DNA from: Octopus sinensis
Taxonomy: Eukaryota
Assembly: GCF_006345805.1 (NCBI RefSeq)
Contig: NC_043025.1
Coordinates: 10,168,001 to 10,232,000 of the forward strand
DNA: 64,000 bases
Reading direction: 5' to 3'
Shown here one piece after another: positions 60,227 through 64,000 of the stretch (its first letter is position 1; each line of letters opens with the position of its first letter). A model generated the notes under the pieces. The model did not search any database. It saw nothing but the letters and a program-made list of their open reading frames with translations, and was not told the origin of the DNA. The position numbers were made by a program, and so were the translations under genes.

Positions 60227-60350
60227 CCGACGAAGAGCTCCGCTCGAAACGTTAAACCCTCCTTCTTTCCTGAGTGTCCAATAATACTATATTTGTTCCA
60301 CATCCTCGCGTTGTTGTGTTTTTTTGTGTTTTCTTGTTTGGATTAACTAT
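60172..60350 (+). mobile_element. Penelope-like terminal-repeat fragment, family 2
   Basis: Homologous to 13425-13628. Confidence 0.6.
60223..60257 (+). ncRNA. Minimal type I hammerhead fold (U4C core variant)
   Basis: GUUU|CCGACGA|A GAGC-UCC-GCUC|GAA|ACGU|U^|AAAC: 4-bp stem I, 4-bp stem II, self-complementary ACGU stem III. Confidence 0.65.
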
Positions 60351-60847
60351 ATATATATATATACACACACACATATATATATATGTACATATTTATATAT
60401 AGCCTATTTATATATATATGTATATGTGTGTGTGTGTGTGTTTGTGTGTGGTGGGGTATATGACAATGTGTGACCTAGAGATTAGGTTATTGCACTCTTG
60501 ATCACAAAATCATGTTCTCCTCTTCCAGTCTGGCTGTGCTTCGTATTTCACATTGCTCCAGTCCACTCAGCTGTGAATAGGCAACCCTGCAATCGACTGG
60601 CATTCCATTCAAGTTGAATGTCGGCCTGCCCACCCACCCACCAATCAGTGTCGCATTATTTGAAAGTTAAAAAAAAAAAATGCAAACCACTCTCTGACCA
60701 ATGGTGCATAACCGCATCTAATTGTCTGGTCAACATCTTGACATATAACTGGCCCTCTGTCTCTTATGACGATGCGAGGTCCAGTTGATCCGATCAATGG
60801 AACAGCCTGCTCATGAAATTAACATGCAAGTGGCTGAGCACTCCACA

Positions 60848-61370
<523 letters not shown>

Positions 61371-61679
61371 ACATGTTAATGTTTGTTTTCATGTTGAGTT
61401 TTATATTGAGTTAATGTTTAACATTAACAGAAAGACTGCTCAATACATTTTTGTAGAGTAGTTATATATACACATATATGTGCATGGGTATGGCATGGAT
61501 GGATGAAGGATGTGTGTGTGTATGTTTGTGCGTGCATGTGTATGTGTCAATGACCTATAATTGGAATTTTGGGTCAGAAATTTTGTGCACACCCCAGGTT
61601 ATTATCGTTGAGCTGTCAACCACAAAAGCACGGGATTGACACAGCACATTTACATAATGTATTACTATTATATTTATTA

Positions 61680-61984
61680 CTAGCAGTATCGCCCGGCGTT
61701 GCTCGGGTTTGTAAGGGAAATAACTATATAAGCATTTTTAGAGAGTTACTTCCCTTATATAAACCGAGCGAAAAATGCATTAAAAATGCGGAAAAATTAT
61801 GGTAATTTTTTTTTTAAATCGTAGACTCATCGTAGACGTGCGCTAATACCCAGAAGGGCTCGATATGAATCATGACTATAAGATACCTGGTTTTGGTTAA
61901 GCTGCACCGCAAAATGTGGGAGTAGTTAGGAATCTAAATTGTAGTAGACAGACTCTCACACAACTTCAATTTTATATATAAAGA
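61680..61984 (-). mobile_element. Non-autonomous Helitron
   Basis: 5'-TC...CTAG-3' with the same subterminal hairpin as 4495-4865; A|T site. Confidence 0.85.
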
Positions 61985-62177
61985 TTATATGTGCAGACAT
62001 GGCTGAGTGGTAAGAAGCTTCTTTCCCAACCACATGTTTCTAGGTTCAGTCTCACTGCATGGCACTTTGAGCAAGTGTCTTCTACCTCCTTGTTATGAAA
62101 TTTTTTTTCTGGTATGAGAAGATAGCTAAAAGTTTGCTGCTCTTTGCAACAACCTACTTTTGCAAACAAGGATTTTC

Positions 62178-62586
62178 GGATCCTTTTGGTTTGAACGGCA
62201 GTTTTTTAACATAATTTCTAGGTAACTAAATAATTTTAAACTTCATATACTGGTAGAATGTGTTTATAAAACATCTTTTTCTCTTGGCTTTATTGAGAAA
62301 ATTCTATGGTTTGTAAGATATTTGTTGTTTTTTTCCTTCAATTTCTGCAATTTCAACCAATCACTGACGTCTATTGAGGTAAAAAAAACATTCTGTGCCG
62401 TATGAATATGTCCCTCGTTTAAGAAACAGATTGGGTTTATTTACATTTCTGAAGAAAAAAGATACCCTTCCCCTCACCCCTAACCCTAACTAACCCTAAT
62501 CCTAAAACAGATTGAAATGCAATAGATCGATACTAGGGTCATAATTATGGGTGACAATTTCATATGACACCGCTAGAAAAAACTGT
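62178..62586 (-). mobile_element. TTAGGG-bearing MITE, reverse orientation
   Basis: Reverse complement of the 2634-3055 family; ccctaaccctaactaaccctaa at about 62478-62500. Confidence 0.88.
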
Positions 62587-62690
62587 CCCACCTCCCGACA
62601 CATGTTAAGTATAATTGACTTCAGCAAGATTTGAACACAGAATGTAAAGAGCCAGTACAAATACTGCAACGCCTTTTTATCCAACTTTCA

Positions 62691-63111
62691 GATTTTTTCG
62701 GTTTGAACGGCAGTTTTTTCTAGAGGTGTCATATATGAAATTGTCACCCATAATTATGACCCTAGTATCGATCTATTGCATTTCAATCTGGGTTAGGGTT
62801 AGTTAGGGTTAGGGGTGCGGGGAAGGGTATCTTTTTTCTTCACAAATGTAAATAAACCCAATCTGTTTTTTAAACGAGGGACATATTCATACGGCACAGA
62901 ATGTTTTCACCCCAACAGACGTCATTGATTGGTTGAAACTGCAGAAATTGAAGAAAAAAACAACAAATATCTTACAAACTATAGAATTTTCTCAATAAAG
63001 CCAAGAGAAAAAGATGTTTTATAAAGACATTCTACCAGTATACGAAGTTTAAAAGTGTTTAGTTGCGTGGAAATTATTTTTAAAAACTGCCGGTCAAACC
63101 GAAAAGATCCC
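62691..63111 (+). mobile_element. TTAGGG-bearing MITE, forward orientation
   Basis: gggttagggttagttagggttagggg at about 62790-62815; 3' TIR ends at 63111. Confidence 0.9.
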
Positions 63112-64000
63112 AACTTTCTACTAATTCTTTCTACTGATCCATTACCTCTAAATCTTTTGGTAATTGTTAACAAGTTGAGAGGAAGAAATAAGCAAAATTA
63201 AGAGGCGAAAATTGTTAGCTGAAAAACGAAGTTGTTAGTTGAGGTGCACCTGAAATACGAACTTCTATCGTCTTTCAATTGAATTCTATTCCTATTGATG
63301 ATGCTTTGTTGGAATATTAAATCGATTTCAGTATTTGACTGGTACTTTATTTCATCGAACCCCAGAAAAATAGAAGACAAAATCGACCTCGACAATATTT
63401 GAACTCAGAACGAAAGAACCAGAACAAATTTTGCAAGGAATATATTTTTTTTTTTCAAAGAAAATCTAAAACCTGAAATTATTTACGTGAAAAACGAAAT
63501 AATTAGTTTAGGTGCATATGAAAAATGAAATCGTATCAGCGCCCGAAAGACGAAACTGTTTTGGTCTTCTATCATAATTTCATTCTCATGTAGGATGTTT
63601 TATAGGAATATTAATATCAATTCTAATACTTGATTAGTACTTTATTTTATCGCCCCCGAAAAGATGAAAGGCTAAGCTAATCTCGGCAGGATTTGAACAC
63701 GGAACTAGAATTAAAAGCAGGTTCGATCGGTGTCCGATCGGTGTTTGATCTTTAGATGCTGGTTAGATTCTGAAGAGGGGACCCTTTATTTATTATTATT
63801 TCACAGCGAGACTTTGCAAATGGGATTTAATGTATCTGTTATACAAATATATAAATATATATATTAAATGCTAAATATACGTAATGTAAAGAACTCTTCT
63901 GTGTGGGACGAATAGATTACAACAGCAGCTGTTTTTTTTTTGCCAGAGCAGAGGAAAAGGCTTCGTTATGGTGAGTTGCTGTATAAAATGTATAGCTTTG

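Overview
AT-rich, repeat-dominated eukaryotic genomic DNA. The SINE repertoire (tRNA-like heads, CORE-like ccttgggcaag motif) suggests an octopus genome; this is inferred, not confirmed by search. There is one convincing host gene: a 4.2-kb single-ORF C2H2 zinc-finger protein (22036-26214, 1392 aa) with 13 dispersed S-x-[LI]-L-x-A-[AV]-L-T-type helical motifs. The rest is mobile DNA and tandem repeats: CR1/L2-type and RTE LINE fragments, a near-complete DD34D mariner, non-autonomous Helitrons, a TTAGGG-bearing MITE, at least four SINE families, Penelope-like terminal repeats, minisatellites, long microsatellites and a 100-N gap. Most notable: (1) minimal type I hammerhead ribozyme folds in two unrelated Penelope-like repeat families, all with the same U4-to-C core change (CCGACGA); (2) a SINE that inserts as 2-, 3- or 4-unit concatemers, each bounded by one 13-16 bp target-site duplication; (3) the motif-array zinc-finger protein; (4) one dispersed repeat family seeding three different satellites. 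No prokaryotic features, CRISPR arrays, rRNA or true tRNA genes were found. Most ORF-track entries are microsatellite or SINE artefacts.
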